This document shows positions 42,031 to 52,537 of a stretch of 64,000 bases of DNA, piece after piece. The DNA is taken from NCBI GenBank assembly GCA_963668175.1, contig OY764159.1, forward strand, positions 4,032,001 through 4,096,000. Direction: 5' to 3'. Made by a program: the position numbers and the translations under genes. Position 1 is the first letter of the stretch, and each line of letters begins with the position of its first letter. The notes beneath the pieces are model-generated. The model had not been told where the DNA came from. It saw nothing but the letters and a program-made list of their open reading frames with translations, and did no database searches. The DNA comes from Syntrophales bacterium. Its GTDB lineage: Bacteria; Desulfobacterota; Syntrophia; Syntrophales; PHBD01.

Positions 42031-45000
42031 TCAGATTTTCGTCAAGTGGGCGACCAACGGCATCAATATGCCGTCCGAAACCTCCCGAAATGCGTCGTCG
42101 ATCGGGTCGGCGTCCCGAAAGCATAACCGATAGGCTGCATCGGAGCCCTCTCCAGAGTATATATCGTTCCCCATCCAGACGCGGCGGGCGGATGCCGTGG
42201 CCTCATCGCCTCTTTTCCGCCCCAGATGCGCCTGCTCGGCATAGTGCCACGACGTTTCGGGGAAAAACTTCAAGGGCTGCGTCAATCCGCGGTTATAAAG
42301 ATGAAGGAGGTATGCCAGATGATTTTCGGCCTCCTCGACCGGATCGATGCGCCAGGCCTGGTTACGGCAGAGAACGAGGCTCTGCCGGGGATAAGCTGTT
42401 TTACCCATGCAGTTCAGTATCAGATGGCGGATCCACGCCGCAAGCAGATCCTTCCCCTTTAGATCGGCATACCGCAGATGGATCAGCGCCCCGGCGAATA
42501 TGGAACCGATCCGCCCCGTCAGGGTCCACGCGTCTACCGTCAAATTGATATCGAGCGGCGGCATCTCGCCGCCTTCCATAAATCGCCGCACTTGATGAAC
42601 AAATATCGATGTTCCCTCCGAAAGTTCATGGTATTGGAACAGTCCCACGCTCCCGTGAGGCAACACGCCGGCTGCCTTGAAGGCGGGCCAGGATGCCCCT
42701 GTATCATGTCCCTGGAAAGATTTTTCGACGAGGCGCTGTGCGAGCAGATACCTGTCCAGGCCCTCCATCCGGAAAGGTTCCGCTTCCGCAAGCGTTGCTT
42801 CCGGTTCTTCCAGGATCATGTGCAAACGCTTTTCCAGGAGGTAGCGCGCCGGGTTCCGAAAGAAGGCAATCAATTGATCCGTATCGACAGCGGTCTCCTC
42901 CGGCAGCGGATCGGGTAACCGGGACGGGATGAAGGCTTCCCGACACCGTCCTTCCTGAAGAAGCATGGCCGCGGCTAGGCAATTCTGGGAGGAATAGCTG
43001 AACAAGCGCCCATCATTCTGAAAATAACGGGGATTGAAGGCCTGCAGCCTATGCTCGGTGACGAGAAACTCCTCCATAGTCCTCCCGTCGGCGGTTCTGA
43101 ATCCTTGTTCGATATAATCCATAAGTTCCGATACCAGCACGGAGGGCGGGATTACGGCGTTGTCTTCGATGCTCTGGCCGACGTAACTGATATAGAACCT
43201 CTTCCTGGCCGACAGCAATGCTTCGATAAAGAGATAGCGGTCGTCGTTCCGCCGGGACCGGTCGCCCGCCCGGGGATATTTCGCGATTAAATCGAATCCC
43301 AAGTGATGGGCCTGACGGGGATAGCTCTGATTGTTCATCCCGAGAAGACAGATCACTTTGAAGGGCACGCTCCGCATAGGAAGCATGGCGCAGAACGTGA
43401 CATCGCCCGTCATGAAGCCCCAGCCGCCTTCGTCCCTCGTCAATGCCGACTCGAGAGCCTTTCTGATAACGGGCATTGCTATCATCTCTCCAACGCCGGC
43501 ATCATCTTCCATCTGACCTAGGTCCTGAACGGTCCGGCGAATAAACTGGATGTCACGTTCGGTCCCCTCCTCGGCAAGGAAAAAAGTCTCCAGGAGGTCG
43601 TCCAGCTTCCGGCTCCAGTCCTTAAGCGTTCCGGGAGAGTCGAGGCTTTCCGTTTTCGCAAAGAGATGATCCATGAAGGCGCTGAATTTCCCCAGCACGG
43701 AGGATTCCTCCCCTTCAATCCCGTCGTAAGGCAGTATCCCTTTGAACAAATGATCGCCCTCGCCGGGCATCGCATACCCGAGAAGAAGTCTGTGAAGTCC
43801 CGCTTTCCACGTGTTTTCCGGATAGGGAGGGAGGCCTCGCTTCTGCCGGTGTCTTTCATCCATGCCCCACCGTATGCCGGATGCGGCTATCCAATGTCGG
43901 ATCAATTCGACATCGATTTCGTTAAGGCCGAAACGACGGTGGACACAGTCGAGTTCCAGAATCGACATGACCGCCGCCGAGCTGTAACGGCTCGCCAGCA
44001 GATCGAGAATCATCAGGAAACCGTTCGCGATCCTGCTGTCGGACTTCACGCCGCGGTCGGCGATACTGAAAGGTATGCGGTGCGTTTCCGGTGTCTTCGA
44101 GGCGTCATCGCCGGCCGATTCGAACACGGCGGTGATGTAGGGTGCATATTCGTCTATGTCCGGCGTCATGACCAGGATGTCTTTGGGAAGAAGACGCGGG
44201 GCCTGCTCGAACATGGCGAGCAAGTGGTCGTAGAGGACCTCCACCTCCCGCATCGGGCTGTGGCAGGAATGAATCCCGATGGACTCGTCGTCCGGACATA
44301 TGACCATCCCGGATAATTCGGGTCTGCTGCGGTCCCGCAAATTAAGGATATCGGACTGGACGGCGGCAAGGACCGTATCTTCTCCCGGATCATCGTAACG
44401 ATCCCACTCCTCCGTCTCAATATCGAGGATATAGGATATGAACTCCCTGCCCAGGGTGCCCAGGGAGGACAACAGGGGATTCCCCCTTTCGAGGTAAAGC
44501 AAATCGTCGGATGTGTCAGCTCCCCGCCGTCGCCGGTAACGTTCCTGAGCCCGGCTGATCTGACGGTCCGTACGGATATCGAACCAGAACTCCCGGCATG
44601 GATTCATGAGAAAAAGATTGACTTCGACACTCCCGGCCACAGCCCGGAAGATATCCATAAAAATGTGCGGCAGCGACGAGATGCCGAAGATGGAAATCCG
44701 CTCGGGAAGGTTGAAGACTGAAGACGCCTTTCCCCTTGCCTCAGATATCAAGGATTGCTTCAGGATAGCAGGATGTACGCCGGCCGTTTCCTTGATTAAA
44801 GCGCGAAAAACGGCGGCCTGCCATATCTCGTCGGGATGCGTTATTTTGCCTTCCGCCCAGGCTGAAAGCATATCGGGGCGGTAGACCAGATACTGGTCCA
44901 TCAGACCGGCAATGCGCTTCGCGAGTTCGTAAAGCTTCAGGCGATCCCGATCATCTTTCAGATAGGCACGAAGAGGCTCGAATCCTTCCCGGCCGATAAG

Positions 45001-45306
45001 GCCTGGCAGCAACCGCATGATTCGCCACGCCATAACCGGCGGATCGAAGCTCCTGCCGCCGGCGGGACCATCGACGATGTTTTCGCCGATCTCCGTCATG
45101 AAGTTCTTGGGAAAGGGAAAACGAACGTTGGCGCAGACACCTTGGACCCTGGCCAGTTCCATGGATATCCATCGCTCCATACCCCGGCTCTGGACAATGA
45201 TTATCTCCGGGACAAAGGGAGACGGCAGAGGCTTCTTCAACACCTCGGCGAGTTTTGCAACGAGGATTTCCATCCGGTTGCTTGTATAGACTTTAAATCC
45301 AGCCAT
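42031..45306 (-). CDS. recC: Exodeoxyribonuclease V gamma subunit
   Basis: SNRMEIL, VQSRGMERW, NPCREFW, CHSPMREVEVLYD, VMTPDI, PMRSVPF. Confidence 0.95.
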   Translation of the reverse strand: MAGFKVYTSNRMEILVAKLAEVLKKPLPSPFVPEIIIVQSRGMERWISMELARVQGVCANVRFPFPKNFMTEIGENIVDGPAGGRSFDPPVMAWRIMRLLPGLIGREGFEPLRAYLKDDRDRLKLYELAKRIAGLMDQYLVYRPDMLSAWAEGKITHPDEIWQAAVFRALIKETAGVHPAILKQSLISEARGKASSVFNLPERISIFGISSLPHIFMDIFRAVAGSVEVNLFLMNPCREFWFDIRTDRQISRAQERYRRRRGADTSDDLLYLERGNPLLSSLGTLGREFISYILDIETEEWDRYDDPGEDTVLAAVQSDILNLRDRSRPELSGMVICPDDESIGIHSCHSPMREVEVLYDHLLAMFEQAPRLLPKDILVMTPDIDEYAPYITAVFESAGDDASKTPETHRIPFSIADRGVKSDSRIANGFLMILDLLASRYSSAAVMSILELDCVHRRFGLNEIDVELIRHWIAASGIRWGMDERHRQKRGLPPYPENTWKAGLHRLLLGYAMPGEGDHLFKGILPYDGIEGEESSVLGKFSAFMDHLFAKTESLDSPGTLKDWSRKLDDLLETFFLAEEGTERDIQFIRRTVQDLGQMEDDAGVGEMIAMPVIRKALESALTRDEGGWGFMTGDVTFCAMLPMRSVPFKVICLLGMNNQSYPRQAHHLGFDLIAKYPRAGDRSRRNDDRYLFIEALLSARKRFYISYVGQSIEDNAVIPPSVLVSELMDYIEQGFRTADGRTMEEFLVTEHRLQAFNPRYFQNDGRLFSYSSQNCLAAAMLLQEGRCREAFIPSRLPDPLPEETAVDTDQLIAFFRNPARYLLEKRLHMILEEPEATLAEAEPFRMEGLDRYLLAQRLVEKSFQGHDTGASWPAFKAAGVLPHGSVGLFQYHELSEGTSIFVHQVRRFMEGGEMPPLDINLTVDAWTLTGRIGSIFAGALIHLRYADLKGKDLLAAWIRHLILNCMGKTAYPRQSLVLCRNQAWRIDPVEEAENHLAYLLHLYNRGLTQPLKFFPETSWHYAEQAHLGRKRGDEATASARRVWMGNDIYSGEGSDAAYRLCFRDADPIDDAFREVSDGILMPLVAHLTKI

Positions 45307-45672
45307 TCCTTGCGGCCAAGCCTCCCCCGCCGTTGTTTTTCACCCCTCAGGTTTGTGCGGACCGTCTTATTGGTACTTCACTTCCCCTATCTTTTCAAGG
45401 ACAAACCGATGACGACGAATGCCCCCCAGCCGATACGAAAGCAATCGCCGAAGTTACGCCGGTTACGTCTTATACATCCTGGCGGATGATCGCGGCATCG
45501 TCCTGATGATGATGGGGATTTCATTTTACGATGGACGGCGCGCACTTATGGCGCATCACGCCTGCAAGTGAAGACGAGAAGACGGTTGAAGGGATGGCAG
45601 AAAAGCCATCCCCGGATGATGGGATGTCGATGGATCAAACGAATTCGGGAGACTTTCTATCGACCCGGGAAT

Positions 45673-46365
45673 TCAGCCCCGTTCGCGGATCAGCATGGTC
45701 GCCGGGTCCAGGCGCAAAGACGGCGAGGCCGGCGTGCCCTTCAGGGTCTGAATGTGGATCTCGGATCCCTCGGCCTCGAGCTGAAGCACCAGATCGAAAA
45801 GATCGATTACATGAAGCATAAGGACGGGCATGCCCCCCGCTTCCGGTTTCTTGTGCCGGTGCGTGTGGACCGTGAACCAGACTCGGACCCCCGTTTTCTT
45901 GGAAACGTTCTTGAGTTCCGCGATAGGGTCCCGGCCGGAATCGCCGAAGGGAAATCCGTCGATGATGACGATCTCGGGAGAAAAGATATTCTGCACTTCC
46001 AGGTCCGTGACCCGTTCCATCAATTTCGGTACGCTGAACCCCTCTGCTTTGAATGTCATGATGAAGCGGTTGGGCTGAATGGATTCCCACAGCGTATTGA
46101 CCTGCTGCACTTCATATCGCCTGGCCAGATCCTGAAAGAGCTCGCGGTACCACAGGTCTACCTTGTTGACAGGGTCGCTGAGACTGATATGGAGGACTTT
46201 CCTGTTTCTCATCATGGCGTTCAGCGCGAGTTGTACGAGCAGGGCCGTTTTACCGATCCCGGCCGGGGCCAGGATAGCGCCGAACCCTCCTTCCGGCAGG
46301 ATGTCGTCCGTTGTATCCTCGGCAAATTTTAATGGATTGCGTAAGATAAGATCCTTTTTCAGCAT
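45673..46365 (-). CDS. Small RecA/KaiC-fold P-loop ATPase of unknown function
   Basis: Walker A APAGIGKT and Walker B-like VIIDG; start chosen at MLKKDLILRNP behind aggaa. Confidence 0.8.
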   Translation of the reverse strand: MLKKDLILRNPLKFAEDTTDDILPEGGFGAILAPAGIGKTALLVQLALNAMMRNRKVLHISLSDPVNKVDLWYRELFQDLARRYEVQQVNTLWESIQPNRFIMTFKAEGFSVPKLMERVTDLEVQNIFSPEIVIIDGFPFGDSGRDPIAELKNVSKKTGVRVWFTVHTHRHKKPEAGGMPVLMLHVIDLFDLVLQLEAEGSEIHIQTLKGTPASPSLRLDPATMLIRERG

Positions 46366-46468
46366 GATCATATTCCTATTTCGAATGTCGATTACCGTTG
46401 CTGGCGGTTTGATGACGGTCTGCACTTCTATCCATGCTTCCTTTATCTATGTCTGTCGGCATGAAGTT

Positions 46469-48556
46469 TCATGCGGCATTCTTCTTACGGGCGGCCACCT
46501 CTTCCGCAATCTTTTCCGCGATAGAGGCAGGGACCAGTTTGTAAAGGGCGAATTCCATGGTGAACTGGGCCTTCCCCTGCGTGGCCGAACGCAGGACCGT
46601 GGAGAAGCCGAACATCTCCGCCAGGGGAACCTGCGCTTCCACGACGCACATGGTCCCTTCGTCCTGAGCGCCGACGATCATGCCCCGGCGCTGATTCAGG
46701 AGCCCCATGACGGCCCCCTGGAATTCCGTCGGGGTTTCGATTTCAACCTTCATGATGGGCTCGTGAATGACAGGCTTGGCCTTCGAATATCCCTCGCGGA
46801 AGGCCCCGCGGGCCGCCGCCTGGAAGGCGATATCGGACGAATCGACGGCATGGAAGGCGCCGTCGTTGATGGTGATCTTCACGCCGGTCACCGGGAACTC
46901 CATCTTCGGTCCCTTCACCAGGCATTGCCGGAACCCCTTCTCACAGGCCGGAATGAAGTTGGTGGGAATGGCCCCGCCGACAATCTTGTTTTCAAAGATG
47001 AAATCGGCTTCCGGTACGGGTTCCATAAACCCGGCCACGCGGCCGTACTGTCCGGAGCCGCCGGTCTGTTTCTTATGCGTATAATTGAATTCCGCCCGCT
47101 GCGTGATCGTCTCGCGATAGGCCACCCGTGGATTGCCTGTATTGACTTCGGCGGAATATTCGCGGCGCATGCGCTCCACGTAGACTTCCAGATGAAGTTC
47201 CCCCATCCCTTCGATGATTGTCTCGTTCGTTTCCTGATCGACATAGGTCCGGAAGGTCGGGTCCTCCTTGGTGAAGCGGTTGAGGGCCTTCGACATGTTG
47301 ATCTGCGATTTGTTGTCCTTCGGAACGATGGCGAGGGAAATGACCGGTTCCGGAACGAACATGGAGGTCATGGTCAGATTGATTCCTTGCGACACGAAGG
47401 TGTCCCCGGAGGAACATTCGATGCCGAAAAGCGCGCCGATATAGCCGGCCGGAATGGCCTCGATCTCCTCCATCTGGTCGGCGTGCATGCGCACGACGCG
47501 GCCCACCTTGACCTTCTTGCCGCTCCTGGCATTGACGATCGTCGATCCCTTGGCGACCGTCCCCTGGTAGACGCGGATATAGGTCAACTGGCCGTACATG
47601 CCGTCTTCAAGTTTGAAAGCCAGAGCCACGACGGGCTGATCGGGGTCGGTCGACAGCGTCACGGGTGCTTCGTTATCGTCCATATCGAGGGCTTCGTTAA
47701 CCACGTCCGACGGACAGGGAAGGAAACTGGTCACTGCATCCAAGAGGGGCTGGACGGCCTTGTTCTTGTATGCCGACCCCATCAGGACCGGCGTCAGTTT
47801 TCGCGCCAGGGTCCCCTTGCGCAGCGCGTCGACGATCATCTCCTCGGTGACGTCGCGCTCCTCAAGGACCGCTTCTGTCAATTCATCGGAAAATGCGGAA
47901 GCGGCATCGATCATTTCGTCCCGCTTCGCCTTGGCCTGTTCCAGGAGTTCGGCGGGAATGGCTTCCCTGACGACTTCCTCGCCGTTTTCGCCTTTAAAAT
48001 AGACGGCTTTCATGGCTATCAGGTCGACGACGCCCTGAAAATCGGTCTCCAGGCCGATCGGCATCTGCAAAGCCACGGCGTTATGGCCCAGTTTTGTCCG
48101 GAGCTGTTCCGTCACCCGGGAAGGATTGGCACCGCTGCGGTCACACTTGTTGATAAAGGCGATGCAGGGCACCTTGTATCTTTTCATCTGCTGATCCACC
48201 GTGATGGATTGCGACTGGACCCCGCCCACCGAGCAGAGAACGAGCACGGCGCCGTCGAGGACGCGAAGGGAACGTTCCACTTCGATGGTGAAATCGACAT
48301 GGCCGGGTGTGTCGATGATGTTGATTTCGTGGCCGAGCCACTCGCAGAAAGTCGCGGCCGAAGCAATGGTGATCCCGCGCTCTTTTTCCAGTTCCATGGA
48401 ATCCATGGTGGCCCCGACGCCGTCTTTTCCCTTGACGTCGTGAATGGCATGGATTCTTTTGGTATAATAAAGAATTCGTTCCGTGAGGGTCGTCTTGCCC
48501 GAGTCGATATGGGCACTGATCCCGATATTTCTGACTTTCTTAAGATCGCTTTTCAT
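46469..48556 (-). CDS. fusA: Elongation factor G (stand-alone copy)
   Basis: [43 protein letters not shown]. Confidence 0.97.
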   Translation of the reverse strand: MKSDLKKVRNIGISAHIDSGKTTLTERILYYTKRIHAIHDVKGKDGVGATMDSMELEKERGITIASAATFCEWLGHEINIIDTPGHVDFTIEVERSLRVLDGAVLVLCSVGGVQSQSITVDQQMKRYKVPCIAFINKCDRSGANPSRVTEQLRTKLGHNAVALQMPIGLETDFQGVVDLIAMKAVYFKGENGEEVVREAIPAELLEQAKAKRDEMIDAASAFSDELTEAVLEERDVTEEMIVDALRKGTLARKLTPVLMGSAYKNKAVQPLLDAVTSFLPCPSDVVNEALDMDDNEAPVTLSTDPDQPVVALAFKLEDGMYGQLTYIRVYQGTVAKGSTIVNARSGKKVKVGRVVRMHADQMEEIEAIPAGYIGALFGIECSSGDTFVSQGINLTMTSMFVPEPVISLAIVPKDNKSQINMSKALNRFTKEDPTFRTYVDQETNETIIEGMGELHLEVYVERMRREYSAEVNTGNPRVAYRETITQRAEFNYTHKKQTGGSGQYGRVAGFMEPVPEADFIFENKIVGGAIPTNFIPACEKGFRQCLVKGPKMEFPVTGVKITINDGAFHAVDSSDIAFQAAARGAFREGYSKAKPVIHEPIMKVEIETPTEFQGAVMGLLNQRRGMIVGAQDEGTMCVVEAQVPLAEMFGFSTVLRSATQGKAQFTMEFALYKLVPASIAEKIAEEVAARKKNAA

Positions 48557-48578
48557 AATCCCTTCCCTTTGCAGCAAT

Positions 48579-48611
48579 AAAAAAAATCCCTCACATATTG
48601 CTCATGAGGGA
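48579..48611 (-). terminator. Terminator-like hairpin in the fusA leader
   Basis: On minus strand tccctcatg-agcaa-tatgtgaggga followed by T8, ending about 20 nt before the start codon. Confidence 0.65.
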
Positions 48612-48647
48612 CTCAACCATTCATGATACTCTAAAATAAAGTTCCTC

Positions 48648-48676
48648 AATATGCTATAAATAAAACTCATTGTCAA
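48648..48676 (-). promoter_or_regulatory. Candidate sigma70 promoter for fusA
   Basis: Minus strand TTGACA-17 bp-CATATT with AT-rich upstream tract. Confidence 0.5.
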
Positions 48677-48973
48677 CAAAAATATCGCTATTAATATATA
48701 TTTTTTTGGAGTGATTGTGTCGCTCCAACCCCACATCATCCAGGACAATCATAAATCATGCCATGACCATATCTTTCTATATTGTTGATAATAAAGGATA
48801 TTCAATTAACGTTCTTAAGCGAATGCGGCCATTTTGTCTATTATTCCGGATCGCGTCCGGATCATTCGGACAGGTATTTGATGTTCCCAAAACATTTATC
48901 TTCCCATGGGGTTTGAAATTAGGGCATGGTGTGGTAAAGAAAACGGCATCGGTTTACAAGACGCAGAGATCGG

Positions 48974-50242
48974 ATGAAAACCATGGATTATACGATCCAT
49001 TCAACGGCGGATTATCACCTTGCGGACATCGACACCCTGGGATGGGAGTTGACGGTGTGCAACGCCCTTCACAATCCTGAAAGTCCATGCAGAAGAGCCC
49101 TGACCCGAAACGCTTCTTACGGAGAGCATCTCTACGATTTTCTGACGGGCTTCATGCCCATAGGCGAATTTACCCGCATCATGGAAATCGGGGGCGGCTA
49201 TGGAGTGCTCATGAAGGACTTCCTGTTGAAAAAGAAAGGGGTCAGGGCCACCATGCTGGACATATCGCCTTTTCTTTTATCGAAACAGCAGGAGACCCTC
49301 TCCGGGTTTAACGCCACATATGTCTGGGCCGACTTCCTGGCCGCCGAAGAAGACCTCATCAAAGGTCACGACCTCGTCATTCTGAACGAAAACCTGGGCG
49401 ATTTTCCGATGCATCTGGACATCGACCGGACGGCGTTGTTCTCCCGTTCTCATGATGCGGATGCCGCCATGCAGGAAGTGCGTCGTCTTTTCGAGACCTA
49501 CGCCCTGGAAATGCCCGGTCAATCACCCTTTCATTTTAACACCGGCGCAGTTCTGGCCGTAGAGAAGCTCTGTCGCCTGCAAGTGCCGTTCATCTTCATC
49601 GGCGAACACAGCTGCGAAGCTTCCGTTCCCGATCCATACCGAAGACTGATCCGGATAAGCGCTCCCGGCCAGCCGGAAAGGATCGCCCTCAAAGGCCACG
49701 ACGAATATACGATCCGTTTCTCCCATCTGGACAGAATCGCCTCCTGCTTCCATTATCGTGTCGTCAGGGGCCCCTTTGCCGATATTCTCCCCTTCAGTCT
49801 TACCGACAGACTGCATTGGCTCATGTCGCTGCCCGCTGCCGAAAGCGACGACGGGGAAATCGTCCGCCATTTCATCGAAGACCTTTTTCAATACGAGTAC
49901 CTGATCCTGATCCGTGAAAAAGCGGGGATTGATACGCCGACATGCAGGCGTTGCGGAAAGTGCTGTCTGGCAGATTTTCGCACGTACGTAACCGAGGGCG
50001 ACCTGCGGCGCTGGCGGCGGGAAGGGCGGGACGATATCCTGGCCTCCCTCGAAGAGCCCCGGGTCGTCTGGGCGGGGGACCATTTCGTGTCCATCACGGA
50101 CGAGAAATGCCTCAGCGCCTGCTCGCAGCTCTTCCGGCAAGACGGCCTGCCCGCCTGTTCCATCTATGCGACGAGACCGGATACATGCCGGCAATTCCAC
50201 CCCGGCCTTTCGGAGATATGTCCTCAATTCTGTCCGCGATGA
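48974..50242 (+). CDS. SAM-methyltransferase-like domain fused to YkgJ-type cysteine-cluster domain
   Basis: MEIGGGYG and VILNENLGDFP in the N-terminal part; CRRCGKCC...C...CSIYATRPDTCRQF in the C-terminal part. Confidence 0.8.
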   Translation: MKTMDYTIHSTADYHLADIDTLGWELTVCNALHNPESPCRRALTRNASYGEHLYDFLTGFMPIGEFTRIMEIGGGYGVLMKDFLLKKKGVRATMLDISPFLLSKQQETLSGFNATYVWADFLAAEEDLIKGHDLVILNENLGDFPMHLDIDRTALFSRSHDADAAMQEVRRLFETYALEMPGQSPFHFNTGAVLAVEKLCRLQVPFIFIGEHSCEASVPDPYRRLIRISAPGQPERIALKGHDEYTIRFSHLDRIASCFHYRVVRGPFADILPFSLTDRLHWLMSLPAAESDDGEIVRHFIEDLFQYEYLILIREKAGIDTPTCRRCGKCCLADFRTYVTEGDLRRWRREGRDDILASLEEPRVVWAGDHFVSITDEKCLSACSQLFRQDGLPACSIYATRPDTCRQFHPGLSEICPQFCPR

Positions 50243-50279
50243 GCAGGAACATTCCCACATACATGCGCCATCGATACGC

Positions 50280-51404
50280 TTAATCCAGACGCTTCCGGAA
50301 ACGGAACACCGCCCCGGCGAACACGATGACGCCCATGATGGCCAGGGCCAGATACTGGGGCCAGAGGATATCGAAGCCCACGCCTTTCAGGAACAATCCA
50401 CGGATAATCACGAGAAAGAAACGCAGCGGGTCGAGGAGGGTTATCCACTGAACGACGACGGGCATGTTGGCGATCGGAAAGACGAAACCACTCAACATGA
50501 AAAAGGGCAAAATGAAAAAGAACGTCGTCATCATCGCCTGCTGCTGGGTGGCGGAAATGGTGGAGATGAAAAGACCGATGCCGAGTGTCGTCAGGAGAAA
50601 GAGGCAGGTGGCGGCGAAAAGCAGCCAGAAACTCCCGTAAAAGGGAATATCGAACCAGATGACGGCCAGGACCGTCACGATGACCATTTGAAGAATCGCA
50701 ATGACGGCATACGGGATTGTTTTGGCCAGGACCAGCTCGATGGGCCTCATGGGCGTCACGATGAGCTGTTCCATGGTGCCGACTTCCCTCTCCTTGATGA
50801 TCGCCATGGAGGTAAAAAGCAGCGATATGATCATGATCAGGACGGCGACGATCCCGGGCACGAAAAAGTTCCGGCTGTCGAGATTCGGGTTGTACCAGGA
50901 GCGGATGCGGACATCCGTCCTGCCGTATTCCATCTTCTGGGGATAAAGCTCCCTGATCAGCGTCTGGTTGAACATATCGAGCACGAGTTGGGTATAGGCT
51001 ATCCTCACGGAGGCCATGTTGCTCATGCTGCCGTCGGCGAGGACCTGGATGGCGGCGGTGTCTCCCCGACGGATTTTGTCGCTGAAATCGGGGGCGACCT
51101 TGACGGCCATGTCTATTTTGCGTTTGAGGAGCAACTCTTCCAGGTCTGCGGCATTCTGTGTATAATGGGTTACCCGGAATATCTTATTCGCGTTCAGCGA
51201 ATCGGTCAGCATCCGGCTTTCCCTCGTTTGCGCCTGATCCAGGAGCCCCACCTTGATCAGCCGCACGTCCGTGGACATAACATACCCGAAAATCATAAGC
51301 TGGATGAGGGGCGACATGACCAGGAGCCTGATGTTCTTGGGATCCCGGAAGAGCTGAATGAACTCTTTGCGCACCATTTCACGAATCCGAAGCCAGCAGA
51401 TCAT
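50280..51404 (-). CDS. ABC-2 type transporter permease (YbhR-like)
   Basis: RKEFIQLFRD, WYNPNL, KEREVGTMEQL, LSGFVFPIANMP; start overlaps upstream stop. Confidence 0.93.
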   Translation of the reverse strand: MICWLRIREMVRKEFIQLFRDPKNIRLLVMSPLIQLMIFGYVMSTDVRLIKVGLLDQAQTRESRMLTDSLNANKIFRVTHYTQNAADLEELLLKRKIDMAVKVAPDFSDKIRRGDTAAIQVLADGSMSNMASVRIAYTQLVLDMFNQTLIRELYPQKMEYGRTDVRIRSWYNPNLDSRNFFVPGIVAVLIMIISLLFTSMAIIKEREVGTMEQLIVTPMRPIELVLAKTIPYAVIAILQMVIVTVLAVIWFDIPFYGSFWLLFAATCLFLLTTLGIGLFISTISATQQQAMMTTFFFILPFFMLSGFVFPIANMPVVVQWITLLDPLRFFLVIIRGLFLKGVGFDILWPQYLALAIMGVIVFAGAVFRFRKRLD

Positions 51405-52537
51405 GACATTCCCTCTTTTTTCAGTTTCATCAGCGTCACGAAGGACATGACGGCGAGCATGGCGCAAAGGATGAGGAAAGAAGGCCATAGATAATGCATG
51501 CCCAGATTGCGCAGGAAAAGACCGTTAAGGATGTCGATATAATAAGTCGCCGGGATGATGGCCGAGAAAATCTGCAGGACGAGCGGCATGTTCTCACGGG
51601 GAAATACGAAATCGGACAGGAGGAGCGAAGGCAGATACGTCGCCATGATGGCAATCTGGTTGGCCACAAGCTGGGACTTGGTCGCGATGGATATCAGCAA
51701 TCCCAGGCTCAGGGCGACCATGATGTAGAGCGAAGATGCCAGCATCATCAGGAGGAAACTCGATTTCATGACAATTCCGAACAGGACCTGTCCCATGAAA
51801 ACGGCCACCAGACTGTCCGCCAGGGCTATGAAGAAATAGGGTATGGCCTTCCCCAGAAGGAATTCGCTTGCCTTGACCGGAAGGGAGAGGATGGTCTCCA
51901 TTGTGCCGTTTTCATATTCCCTGGCGATCACGAGCGACGTGAGCATGGCGGCCACGATCATGATGATGACGGCGATGATGCCCGGTACGATGAAGTTCCG
52001 GCTTTCGAGGTCTTCGTTGAACCAGACCCTGATCCGTCCCTCCACCGGCGTCTTGATCGGGTCCCTTCCCTGCCGGTTCAGATAACGGAGCAAGTTGTTC
52101 TGATTGTATCCCTCGATGAAGGCGTTAATATAACCGCGGGAGATACTGCCGAAGTTCGGGTCGCTGCCATCGAGCAGGACCTGCATCGAGGCCTCGCGGT
52201 CCGCCCGCATGTTTTCGGTCCAATCCGGCGGGATGACGACGGCCAGCGTGGCCCATCCTTCGTCAAGGTAACGGGCAGCCGCCGTGTCGCTGGGAAGGCT
52301 GCCGATGACGTCAAAGTAAGATGAAGCGCCAAGTTTGTGGATAAAATCGCGGCTCAGGGGTGTTTGGTCCCGGTCTACGACGACGACTTTGATATTGTCC
52401 ACGTCCAGGCTTAAGGCATACCCGAAAAGGAGGATGAGCAGGAGCGGCAGGGCAAAGGCCAGATAAAGGCTCCGGAAATCCCGGATCAGATGGTAAAACT
52501 CTTTGCGGGCCACCGCCTGGATATGACGGACGTTCAA
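51401..52537 (-). CDS. ABC-2 type transporter permease (YbhS-like)
   Basis: RKEFYHLIRD, WFNEDL, AREYENGTME; probable TTG start overlapping upstream stop (TTGA). Confidence 0.9.
   Translation of the reverse strand: MNVRHIQAVARKEFYHLIRDFRSLYLAFALPLLLILLFGYALSLDVDNIKVVVVDRDQTPLSRDFIHKLGASSYFDVIGSLPSDTAAARYLDEGWATLAVVIPPDWTENMRADREASMQVLLDGSDPNFGSISRGYINAFIEGYNQNNLLRYLNRQGRDPIKTPVEGRIRVWFNEDLESRNFIVPGIIAVIIMIVAAMLTSLVIAREYENGTMETILSLPVKASEFLLGKAIPYFFIALADSLVAVFMGQVLFGIVMKSSFLLMMLASSLYIMVALSLGLLISIATKSQLVANQIAIMATYLPSLLLSDFVFPRENMPLVLQIFSAIIPATYYIDILNGLFLRNLGMHYLWPSFLILCAMLAVMSFVTLMKLKKEGMS

Noticed and set aside
46163..48580. 805-aa plus-strand ORF antisense to fusA
   Set aside because: Shadow frame typical of GC-biased codon usage; no motifs. 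The same applies to 61831-63321, 50166-51494 and 30392-31591
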